Assembly (NCBI GenBank): GCA_973851085.1
Contig: OZ316775.1
Span: 8,432,001 to 8,496,000, forward strand
Source of the DNA: Ptychomitrium polyphyllum
Taxonomy: Eukaryota
Length of the DNA: 64,000 nucleotides
Reading direction: 5' to 3'
Shown here: positions 39,612 to 51,655 of the stretch, in pieces
Position numbering within the stretch: position 1 is the stretch's first letter
How the letters are laid out: each line of letters begins with the position of its first letter
Position numbers and translations under genes: made by a program
Notes under the pieces: generated by a model
What the model saw: only the letters and a program-made list of their open reading frames with translations
What the model was told of the DNA's origin: nothing
Database searches by the model: none

Positions 39612-42600
39612 TCATCTCGTTGCAGCAGTCCCTGTACTTGTGGTCTTATCCCAGTATGAGAGCAGAGCATTCCAGTCACAATGGCTCTCTTGGCATACAT
39701 TCAATCTTGGATCAGTGATGGTGACAGCCCAGTGCTTATCTGGCAAGGCTACAGCCTCAGCTGTTCGCCTGTTATGCTCAAGGAATGCTTTTGTGCCTGT
39801 AGATAGTCCACAATGCTTCTGTAGATTCCACGGCATGTCATCATACACCTGTTGCAAAACCATAACACCAAGGACTCTTCAATAAGATTCACCACCAAGG
39901 ACCATAAACTAGATCTGTAAAAAGAAACGTCAATGCAGATATCATTTGCAATTTCTGGATTTCTGGATTAAGAAGAGCAGGATGAATACCGGTGTCACAC
40001 TGCAAACAGACCAAATTGGATAATTTTCTAAAAGCGACAAGTAAACTACAGTTCAAGACCCTCTACTCCTCTTAACTTACCTAACTGATTACCCCAAGGA
40101 GCATTATGCTAGATTGTTGCAGGTGAAATGAGTCTACTAAGACAAACGGATTAAAATACCAGTAATTTCATGATTGAGGTAACCTCCGAAATTTACTGGC
40201 GACGTATTGTCATGCAGCGATACGAACAAGATTGCCAACAAACCGGATGTATCAATATAATGACGCAGGCATCAAACCCAAATATTATTGCCCCACATCC
40301 TGTGAGGTCGGAGACAAAAAAGATAAGGCAGGGGAATGAGAAACTCTGTACCTTAAACCATTGGTTGTGAGCTTCGTCGCTTGCAAACTGCTGGTTGACG
40401 TTCCAGTTACAGTCATAGTCTCTGAAGCATTGCCAGGGTTTGTATCCCCAGTAATGGATAGCATACAACTGAGGCGAGTCTGATGAAAACAGCCTGAGGA
40501 GAATCACATCCAGAGTACATAAGCATAAGAACCTTGTTACGCCAGGAACAGTAAGTACTGGATTTGCACTGCAAATCTCACGAATAACCCAGAAGATCCA
40601 ATAACCTGTGGTTTCCGATGCAAGAGAAAACGAGAGGCAACGAAAAAGGTTTAAATACTTCTTTCATAAGAAGAATTCAAGTATGTACGGACCAATTTCA
40701 TGGAAGGTCTACTTAAATTTTTACTTGGTCCAACGTACTTTGAGATGGACTTTACGTGAAATTGGTTCCAACAAATGAATTGAACTTATATAATCAAAGG
40801 AGTAATTGAAATAATTATATTTTATCACAGTGGCGCCAGAAACACAGGACATAGCATATAATGACATGAGTTAGAAGCCTTCAAGATTGTGCTCACTTGT
40901 TCATGTAGTCAACTTCATTGTCTTGTCTGGTCCAAAAGTACTTCAGATAATTCATGTGTCTGGGAATCCGGTGCCACCAAGGGAATATTCTATTTAAGAA
41001 GTCCCAGTCGCCACCAATCTGGGATGCACTTCTCTCCATTTCATCCATTAAAAGTTGGAAAGTGCAATTAGACGGTTCGACAACCATCACTCCAGAGTTA
41101 AACAGGTTCTTAGTGCTTCCACTTCCCGACACCTCTGGCATCATAAACAGACGGTCAAGGTTGCGAAGAACGAGGACATCTGCCTCAACATAAACCACCT
41201 GTATCAAACAGTCCTCAATCCATTAAAGCTCAAACCAATCGCCACGTGTGTCCTGCACTTAAAAATGGTAATGGCTATCCAATGATATACACATGGAGCC
41301 TCCAGAACTGAACCGTCATACTTCAAGAGAATTAACTTAAGTCACCCTCGCTAATTTACAAGAACGGAAGACCTAGCTTACGGCTTAAGGCAATTCAATC
41401 GTAACCAGTCGAACATTTTAAGATGGTAAGTCTCTAGTACCAAGTTGATATTCAACTTTTCAACATTAATCGTCCACTCACAAAATGATTTAGGAGGTTG
41501 AGAATTCTTAAGTGGCATGGATTCAACCTAAGAAGCTGCAGTAACTCACACTTTAGACACAACATATTATAAATGAAAGAAATAGCATGGTAACCTTATT
41601 GTAATCAGTTAGCTGCCAGAGACGAAACTTGCTGAAGTCCTTCTCGTACTGCTTTCCGTCAACAGTGCTGGACTTATATATCCTTTCAAAATCTCGCACC
41701 TTCCACCCAGCCTCCTGAAGCGCTTGCCTGTGTTCAGGCGAAATACTACTGTCTACAAGTATGATAAGGTCCTTGGTTGAACCCGACTTGCGAATACTGT
41801 GAGCTGTCGCAATCGCACCGCACACATAATCTGGTCCGGAGTGAAGAAGAGTAGCATATGCATCTTTTAAGACTCCAGTACTAACTGAGGTATCTGCAAA
41901 ACAGATTTGGGAAGAAAATAAAATCATGCTTAATCTCCAATATCCTTCAAAATCCTTCGAATCAGCACATAAATCGGTAATATTGGAACACTTACAAAGA
42001 CAAGGCAAAAAATCCAAATCACCTCACTGCCATTTCCTCATTAACCGTGCCCTCACATTTGGTCACAGACGGAATTTGTCTATCGTCTGGAAACAACACT
42101 TCGTAAGACTCCTATTATTAAGCCGCAATCTCAAGTCTTTGCTAATGCTACGGATCTAAACAGTTTATGAGAGTTTAGAAGGAAGATCTTCACCCTAAAA
42201 AAATTTATGTTTAAACAATACCACGTAATGCTAATTCAAGAGCTGAGCAATTTGTAAAGGGATGAGATGCAAAACAGCTCCTTAATACCTTGTTGTCGAA
42301 GAGAAACGGAAAGCTGACACGATCCCACAGGCAACGAGGTTCGCTTTGCAAGCTGTTCTAAATTTACTTGGTAAAGCCAGCCTTGATCACGATGCTCCAG
42401 AAGTTCTCCGCACGTAAAAAGATTCACAAGAGGGCGGCACTCACTCAAAATAAGTACATAAGCATCTTTATTTCCTGCATTCGCAACAATATGTGCAGCT
42501 CCGAGTAGAACCTGTTGAATTATGATCGCAAGTCAAAACTTGTAAAACTTATAACCATCAATCATAGCCCAATTGTTTCATAAAGAGGTTACAACCCTTG

Positions 42601-45328
42601 CACGTCCCAACACCTAGATAGAAGTAAATATAAGAAATCAGATGACCCCCCAACATTTAAAAATACAACTCTAATTTTCTTCAACAATAAATATTATACT
42701 GTCTGCAGAGACATTCAAATACCAACGTATGCCAGTTCACTCGATATAGATATGTTCTTAGCACACACTCCTGTAAAAAAAATCTCAAACAGAAATCAAA
42801 TGCTGTAAATTATGGTCCAAGTAGTACCTGGAGAGAAGCAGGATGTTTCCAACCCTCTTGGACTGCAGAAGAGGCAGTGCAAGGCGCACGCGCAATCACT
42901 ACATCAAGCAGTACTCCTGGGCTGACCTTCGGCATCGGAATTGAAGGACATTGCGGAGTCCCGTATCTCTCTTCTTCATCTATCCATTCTGGATAAAGAT
43001 GATTCCATTCCACTTTCTCATTCACCCTCTCGAAGGGAATAATTATGGGCAATTCACCAGCAAGAAATTGCCAGCGTTGAAGATCTGCTGCCTCCACATT
43101 CAACAGTCCGACTTTTAGCGTACCAGATGCTGCTCTCTGTTTCAATGAAGAAATAAGCGAAGATTCTTGAGGCCAATCAACATTGTTCTCTTGCCGGACT
43201 TCAGCTTGCTCCACCTGTTCTCCAACAACGCTGTCGTCGGGTTTCTCCCCCGAGAAAACGGCTTTTACATCAACCGCTGCCTTCGACTCATCTGACACTG
43301 CCTTTGATTCATCAGCCACGAGCTTTGTTTCGTCAACCACTGCCTTTGTCTCACCAGCCGCTGCCTTTGATTCATCAGCCACTAGCTTTGTTTCGTCAAC
43401 CACTGCCTTTGTCTCACCAGCCGCTGCCTTTGATTCATCAGCCACTAGCTTTGTTTCGTCAACCACTGCCTTTGTCTCACCAGCCACTGCCTTCGATTCA
43501 TCAACCTCTAGCTTTGTTTCATCAACCCGGGAGAGAGTTGAGTCGGTCTGAAAAGAGTTATGAGTAACCTTTCCTAAAGCATCATTATCTCCACCAACTG
43601 TTGTATCAAGCTTCTGGTCTTCAGAAGAAAGCCCTACCGATGCGATTGTATCCTTGTCATCAGAAGACGCACTGTTTTCTGTCAAAGCTTTCTGGGAGGC
43701 CATATCAGTACCTTCAATAACTTGCACATCAAGCTCCGCAGGTTTGTCAGCTGGTAAGAACTCTGCCATTGAGGACTCTTCCTGCAATTCAGCAGGCTTT
43801 TCCCCTGCTGTTTTGTTTGCTTCACTTGCGAGCTTCAGCACTTCTTCAAAAGCCTCAGTAAATCCATTGGATGATCCTACAGTGTCAATTGTGGAGTGAA
43901 TTACTGGAGGAGCCATACTCGAAGACACTGTTTCTGCTGACGAGATGAGTGCGTGAAATGGATCGTGAGTAGTCCGGCGTTTGAACTTGTTTTTCTTGTG
44001 CTTTGAAGTCTTCGATGGCGTTGCCTTCTGATGCTTGTCAGTTCTTCCCCCAAATATGCTAGTGTCCGATTCTCTGATAGATACAACATTCTGATTTTCA
44101 GGTAAGTTTCTTTCTGATTGATCAAATTTCTTCCACCGCTGCAAGGGACCAGGAAGCTCTACGTCTTCAGATGTGACCACCGTTGTAGTCTCCCCTTCAG
44201 AGGAGACATCAACTGCTACGTTCTCTTCCTTGTCTGATACTCCTGTAGTGATATCAGATTTGTTTTCAGGCATTTCCAAAGATGCTTTTCCCTCTTCGTA
44301 TACTAGGTTCTTCTCGTCCGCAAGTTTTATGCTTTGAGCAAATGAATCATCCATCCCTCTGCAAACGATTTCCAAACTTAATATCATAAAGTCGCAAAAT
44401 AACTCCTAATAATCACAAGTGGCTTAGGACCTCTGTTCTAGACAGATATCGACGTCAAGAAAATTACCTCGTGACAAGCTACATTTATCCAAACTCATTT
44501 GTACCAACCTCAGACAACTATAAGCATATAAATACCTTTCTGCATGTTGCCGTATATTTAGAGCTCTTTCAAATTCCTGATCTACCTGCTGAGGTAATCT
44601 GTCCTGAAACATCAACGGTACAGCCAACGTGCCAAGAGCAGCACATAACAAAAATAAATATCCCAAACGCCCAATGCGCAATCGTGTAGTAAACTGCCTC
44701 AGCTTAATGTTCTTAAATGATGAGCTCCTATTTTCATACTTTCGCTTTGCCTGGTTGAGAATGTCCTTTCCCACATGCCCTATAATGGACGTTTTCAGAA
44801 TTGTCTCGATATCACTGTAATACGAACCAAAACTTCAAATCATTAATATATTTACGGCACAAACATATTTGAGTTTTACATAAACTGTTAATTGAAGATA
44901 GAGTATGCAGCGTCAGAACAATAATATATCATACTTATTCAATGGATTTAATGGCGCCAAAGTCCAACTTTCTTATATACAGAGAAAACGTGGGTCTAAA
45001 GATATCACAAACGATCCAAAACCCCATAAAAAGCCTCTGAGAGATTAAACGCATGCAACACATATATGTACATGAAATTCTCCTGGACCCGGATACTGGA
45101 AGTCTCAGAAACAAACTAAGCCAACGCTACCTGCCTGTATGACTGTGAATTCCCGAAATAATAATGACGACAGGTATTTAAACGAACAAAAAGAAGGAAA
45201 CAAAGGGGATCGATAAAAGTAAACACACACCGGTACACAGAGGAAGCATGACGATAGGTCTCGGCAATTCCATCTCTTGAACGCTCCCACAGTTTCTCCT
45301 TCCAATTCTCCTCCATAATGACAGTCAT
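39612..45328 (-). CDS. GT8-family glycosyltransferase-like protein (GUX/PGSIP glycogenin-like), type II membrane protein with a very long acidic stem, 8 coding exons, ~1036 aa
   Basis: Exons 45328-45231, 44814-44536, 44358-42828, 42511-42289, 41893-41595, 41198-40897, 40493-40352, 39848-39612, phase-consistent. TM segment GYLFLLCAALGTLAVPLMF. GUX-type motifs W..LYPEWIDEEE...P.CP, NLFTC, AYATLLHS...YVCGAI, SKFRLWQLTDY, FNSGVMVVEPSNCTF, FPWWHRIPRHMNYLK, HYWGYKPWQCFRDYDCNWN, FASDEAH. Confidence 0.92.
43270..43527 (-). repeat. Coding tandem repeat (63-bp unit built of 21-bp subunits) in the GT8 stem
   Basis: Encodes VDETKLVADESKAAAGETKAV ~3.5 times, near-identical at DNA level. Confidence 0.95.
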
Positions 45329-46349
45329 TTTCTGAAGTTGGAAAAGTTAATCTTGATGCGCCTCAGGAGTGAACGAAATCGCATTTAGAGAGATGAGTGC
45401 CTCCTTTGTGCAATGTTAATCTAACTTTGATGTTGTAGTACTTCCATGGAAGAAAGCCTTTCTTATCAATGACTGTTGCTGGTTTGAAGGTCCAACCTTC
45501 AACCTGCAAACATACTGAAGTAAAAGCTGTAAGCAACATGTTTACGTTGTACGTTGACAAGTAGCATTTCAACACATAGTTCTAGTTCGCAAGCCTCTAG
45601 AGCAGACTTGCAAAGCTGTACACGAATAGGGAGAAAGAGAAGCAAAGACGTTCTCACAAAGTCTCTAGGGCTCGCAATGAGAGAAACATTGCATAGTATT
45701 GCTCAGCTCGTGTAATTAGGTGTTTCTCTATGTACTACATGAGAGACCCAAAAAGTTACAATGTACGTCAGTAGCCATGGTACAGAGGAGTATAGGACTA
45801 AATCCCAACAAGAAACTTCAATTCTCGACAAGAAAAATTCAAAAATTCCAAGCACAGTTTAAAGGAACACTAGATATGTAGATAAATCTGTGCTACTTCT
45901 ACATATTTCTATGGCATGTCATGGTCCTAACGAATGGATAACAAGAAGTAGCACCACATTCATAAATAAAGATTTCTCAAGAAACCAAGCACCTCGTCAT
46001 TCCACACCCTCAAACTTTGAGAACACGCGAAGTGGTTAAAACAATTTTAAAAACAGATGAAATACTTGCTGCATAGGTCGGATGATCGGCATTACAAACG
46101 TACGTTGTAGGCAAAAAGAACAGGAGATCGGAAGCAGGAAGAAAAATAACAAGACATTTGCAAGGAATTCTTACACAAACCTTGAAGGTGCACTTTAAGT
46201 AGCATAAGAAGCTATCCACCTACAGAGAGAAAAGAAACACACATCTTAAAAACACAAAAAGATAAACATCTACTGAAAACTAGTGACGGACAACGAACCG
46301 TACTCCGCTAACCAAGCTCGGGAACACCAGACCGTTCATCATAATCAAA

Positions 46350-46630
46350 CTTATCACACAATGTGCACCAAAAGATGGCGTGTCCATCCATTTGGACGAC
46401 GACCAGAAGATGAACTCGTAAAACAAACGCCACGATCGCTCGCCTCTACACCTACACTCTCCGCCAAAAAACCAACATCTACAAATTCTCTAACACATTG
46501 TCCTCTCCCGCACCACAAGCACCAAATTTTTCACACAATGTACAACAAAAGAAAGCGCGCAGTCCATCCGTTTGTACAACGACCAGAAGAACTGGAACAA
46601 ACAAACCGTCACAAACACTCGCCTCCCCTC
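46350..46630. repeat. Diverged ~177-bp-period tandem duplication in the GT8 upstream/5'-leader region
   Basis: tcacacaatgtgcaccaaaaga...gtccatccatttggacgacgaccagaaga...ctcgcctc recurs as tcacacaatgtacaacaaaaga...gtccatccgtttgtacaacgaccagaaga...ctcgcctc. Confidence 0.75.
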
Positions 46631-49037
46631 TCAGTCGAAAATCTCCAAATTTCTCTAAGACAACGTCCGTTTCCCGCTTCACAAGCACCGCCGCCACCAC
46701 GACCTTTTAAGCACACCGACCAGAACTAAGCACTCAACCAATCGACAAAGAACAAACTGACGCTCTAGAAGAAACCTCGCCCCTAGCGAAAGAAAGCACC
46801 AAAACTGCAACGCACCTCGCCTCAAATGAGCGCCAACGCGCCAACCACAACGCGACCTCCGCACGCCTCCGCTGCACCGCACCGCCAAGGAGACGAAGCT
46901 AAGAAGATCGCCGCTCCGTATCTGCTAATGAGCGCCACAATGCAATCTCAGTGCGGCCGCGCACGAATGTAGAGCACAAGGCCGAGCGCGAAGCAGTGAT
47001 AGCGGTTGCAACGAAGCTCGGTTTGGCGCAGCTAGCTACTTAGCTGCGAGGCATTTCCAACACAAAGAGCCTCCACAGGTTTACAACGCACACTCCCCTC
47101 TGATACCTCGCCTAAGTATTAAGTGGTGATCATATGAGTATCTAGCGGGATTTATCTCAGTATAGTAGGGGTATCGCCCAGGTATAGACCAAAACGTCCC
47201 CAAGGCTCCTTGTACAGCAGGGGAAAGGGAAGCAAGCGAGCGAGGCTGGGGAAGGACGAGGATGGTCACCAAGTGGGACCGACAGGGACCGTCTACCGGC
47301 GTTAAACGGCGTCAAACTGCGTCAGACCGCGCCAGCCCTGGGTATTCGCAGAATTGGATCCTTCATCGCCCTTCGATATTCCACGGAGCGGCGATCTTCT
47401 TAGCTCGGTTTTAAGAAGTCGTAGAAACTTTGAGTGGTTCGTGACAGAGGTCTTCGGCTATCAGGTTTTGGTCTTGAGTTGCTTACGGGGCCACGCCCCG
47501 GTGTTTCGAGTTCTGCATGGAAGAGGTTGTATTTGATGGCCTTCCGCCAAAATTAGAGCGAGAGAACCTGCATGGAATGCAGTCATCGATCATCAATCAT
47601 CAGATTATTCATGGGTGGTTGGTATTTTTCTTATGTTTTGCATGGTTGTGCACAAGTGGTAGTGCGTCAGGCGCCTGATCTTGGACTTGGACTGAGGGTA
47701 TTGGAGTTCAGAGAGTCTCTTGAATCTACGTCATTACTTTCAGTGAATAAAATTGAAGGGTGCCGTATTTGCCTTTCATCTTGGGTTGAAGGCCAAAAAG
47801 CATCAACCCTTTCATATTATTCTTCATTATTGCATAACTTTATCATCACAAGATGTAGTTCTTTCTTGAAAATTTGTCTGCACATATTAGTGCTAATAAT
47901 ATTCATATGTGATGATAATTAATAATATACATATACATATCAATTTTAATAACATTCATTATAAAGATATAATTCTAATCATTGGCAATTTTGACTTAAT
48001 AATAATTGTATACGAACTTGCATTAATGCCATCACATCTTTGATGCAATAGCCGCCTACTTGTTTAAATTGAGGATGAGTTGCTTCAATCACTAAAGAAT
48101 GTTATGTCAAACATGAATGATAAAAATAATTGAAATTCTTTGTTCTAAAAAATCATTTACAAATAACCTATTTAGGAAATAATTACTACTTTAACATCTT
48201 TTGCTATAAAAAATTTCATTTTTCATTTTGGATTAAATGTCAAATTTTGAATGAAAATAATGTAAAACATGGATGGAAAAAAATGGTAATTAAAATGTAA
48301 ACTAATGTATAAATATCTAATTCCATTAAAATAATATATTCTTCCAATACAACAATTTTTACAATATGAAAAAAATGTCCAAGTATTAACATTTGATTGT
48401 AAAAGCCAACAGTTATAAAATTTCCAATTCCAAATAACATTGCCAACATAAGAAACCATATTTTACCAATAAAAGTGTTATTCAACACTTCACAACAAAC
48501 ACTTAATACAATGAATAAAGTTCTATCTTACAACTACAAGCTATGGACTCAAATTTTTATATAAAAAAGTAGCTACTAATGGTTTTTTTCTTTCAAGTAG
48601 ATGATTGTCAAATTGTTACCAAAGGACTTGGAATACTCTATAATTATGCTCTTGGTCTTTGTCACATGTGCACCTACTTCGTTTGGAAGCTTTACTGGAT
48701 TGAATGCGAGTTTGCATGCTTGAATAGAAAATTAACACTTTCGGATGAAATTAACGCAATTACTGACTGCCATCTTGAAAATACCAAAAAAAAACAGCTA
48801 GCACCGATGTGGCCCTGTAAAATAAAGTAATAGTAAATGGAAAGTTTGAAAACAATTACCAGAAACATGTTGTTCCGTGCAGTGATTTGTATAGCCTTTC
48901 ATACAAGCTACAGTAGTCTCTTGTGCAGTGATTTAGTGGTTTGTCATCCCTGCGCCCCTGCTTCTATCAATCACCACTCCTGTACACAAACTGTACGTAC
49001 TCACCAAACGTTTGTCACAAAAGTGTGCTAGTCAGCA

Positions 49038-49125
49038 AAGGACCAAGGACCTAAGACCAAGGATCAAGGACCTAAGACCAAGGACCAAGGACCTAAGACC
49101 AAAGACCAAAGACCAAGGACCAAGG
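49038..49125. repeat. 7-bp minisatellite (GACCAAG / GACCTAA / GACCAAA)n, ~12 copies
   Basis: aaggaccaaggacctaagaccaaggatcaaggacctaagaccaaggaccaaggacctaagaccaaagaccaaagaccaaggaccaagg. Confidence 0.9.
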
Positions 49126-51573
49126 TATTACCGACTCCTTTAAACAAGTCAGCAAGAACTGTTTGTACAATGCATTTTGAAATTCATTTTTGCCATATGA
49201 TGGAGCAGAAATATATTCTGTTCTACCTTTTGATGACCCAATGAAGAATCCTTCCGGTGTTGTGTTGGAGCATGGTTGGCAACCCTTAAACTTTAGACCT
49301 CTCCAAAGTTAGACTAGGTTTTTCTCAGCCAATCTTTAGGTTGCCTTAGGTGCCCAATTGCTTCTTTTAAACGGGAGTGCTTTAATGCTTGTGTTAAAGA
49401 TTGTTCTGGAATTTGTCATTTTTAGGAAAACCACTCTAAAAACATAAGGTGGAAGAGTTTCATATAACATGTAATCTTATTAAGGTACCAATTCTAATAT
49501 GGACTACAAGAATATAAACATTTCATTCTTCAATGACATTTTTTTTTCTTCATCTTGAAAGTATTTGGCACATCCAAATTTTAATATTTTAATATTTCAT
49601 TGTTATTATCAAAAATAACCAAAAGATTAATAACTTTGTGATCACATTGATTTATTTTTAAATTTCAAATGGTTTTACAATGGAGTCTATGTAAAATACT
49701 TTTTTAAATTTCTATTTGTTTTTAGCTTCATTATAATAGACAAGATGAATGTTAAATTTAGTTTTTTAAAAATAAAGTATAGTAAATTTTATTTAACACA
49801 CTTGAGGAAAAACATAGCATAAGTACATAAAACTCATGGTTTTATAGATGGTTTAAGGTTTGTTGGCTTTTAATAAAGATTAATATATTTGTGAGCATTT
49901 ATTACTGATTGAAGTTTTTTACAAATCAACAATTCTTACAGATGAATAAAACAATTTGAAATATCTTCATTCTTAGACATTTAAAAATTAAGGTCTCAAC
50001 ATGAATAACATTTTGTAACTTATTATATTGTCTTTATTTGTCAATCCATATGCAGCAAGTATCCATATACATCATTATGTAGGAGAATGTAGATATTATA
50101 TATTCAAATTTAGATATAAAATATGTTAATTTTTTTAAAGTACAATACATCTTTCAAAAAATAACATATGGAATTAGGACAAGTTATCAACAACTTCTTT
50201 TTCTTCCTCAAAATAAATACTAATATTTTGAATTGTTGATAAAGTGATATAAAGTCAAAGTTAAAAATAATACAATATACAACTTATTTAAAGGATATTG
50301 CAAAATAATTGAAATTTTGTAATCAAATTTTAGCATCGATTAATTAAAATAGATGAATGTCATCACAATCATAATATTGTTTAATTTTTTAGTTAAAATT
50401 GTTATAGCATCTCACAAAATAAAACAGAATTTGTGGCATTTTTGTGAATTTAAAATTATAAGAAGAAATATTAATACTTTCTACAATGATTTTTCATCTT
50501 AAAAAATGTCATGTTTTAGAAACACTCTAAAATATTTGAGTTTTTGAAAACTTGAAATAATAATATATAGAAAAATCTTTAAATCTCATGATTTGCACAT
50601 AAATATCAAAAGTATTATTATTTTGGAATTAAACCAAGTTGTTTGTATAGGTAAAAAAAGTATTGGTTAATAAAATTCTATACAAGAGTCCAAAATTTGT
50701 AAAAAATTGATTATTTAATGCAAGTTTTCATTAAGATTAATAAAACTAAATCTTATATCCAAGTCCTTAGGTATTATAGTATATAACATGTATAACATGT
50801 ACAATTTAGTTAGATGTTAAAAACTAATATTGTAATACACTCTTAATTAAATTTGAAACCTACATTTAATCTAGTTATTTCAAATAAATGTATATTTTTT
50901 GGTAATTAATAAAATACAATTTTGTTTGTAGAAACAATGATAAAATCCTTCATACAATCATGTTAAAAAAACTCAAAGTTTGACACTTTATTTTGAAAAC
51001 ATTGAGTTTGAGTTTGTAATAATAAAGCAAAAGGCATTTTAGTTATTTATAAATGCCTACATTTTATTATATTGTGTGTTGTTGTTTAATTTTCTTGATT
51101 TTATTGAATCATTTTTCATTGCAAGTAACAGACAATAGAATATTGCGTAGACTGTATTTGCTAATATTACATTGAAATGATTACTTAAAAAGTTACTTTT
51201 TTGATGATAACATAAACAAAAACCTTACTTCTCTTCACAAAAACTAAACAAACAGCTGACATTAAAAGTATGCTAATTTAATTTCACTTTGTTAAATATG
51301 GGTTACTTCACTTTATGGATGTTGAATTAGGATTAACTTTGGTTCCTAATTTAGTTTAAGGATTAAGGTTGGATCCCCTTTTGCCTTTTTGCCTTTTTGC
51401 CTGGATGACTTTTGCCTTTGCTTGGATTAGAACGGAATTTTTTTCCATATTGGAATTGTAAACTGCTTTAGTTACATATATTTGCAAGGACTTGCTCAAT
51501 TGTCAGTGTAGATGGGAAGATGGATATGTTTCATTAAATTGCACATTTTTTTAACAGCAGTGTTCCACATGCT

Positions 51574-51655
51574 TTCAAAAGCATCCCACAAATCTTCAAA
51601 AGCATCCCACGAATCTTCAAAAGCATTGCAAACTTCTTCAAAGGCATCCCACACT
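51574..51655. repeat. 21-bp tandem repeat, 4 copies
   Basis: ttcaaaagcatcccacaaatc / ttcaaaagcatcccacgaatc / ttcaaaagcattgcaaacttc / ttcaaaggcatcccacact. Confidence 0.9.

Noticed and set aside
43270..43527. Regularly spaced repeats (also 51574-51655) as a CRISPR-like array
   Set aside because: Contiguous tandem units with no unique spacers, in a eukaryotic context; the first lies inside a coding exon.
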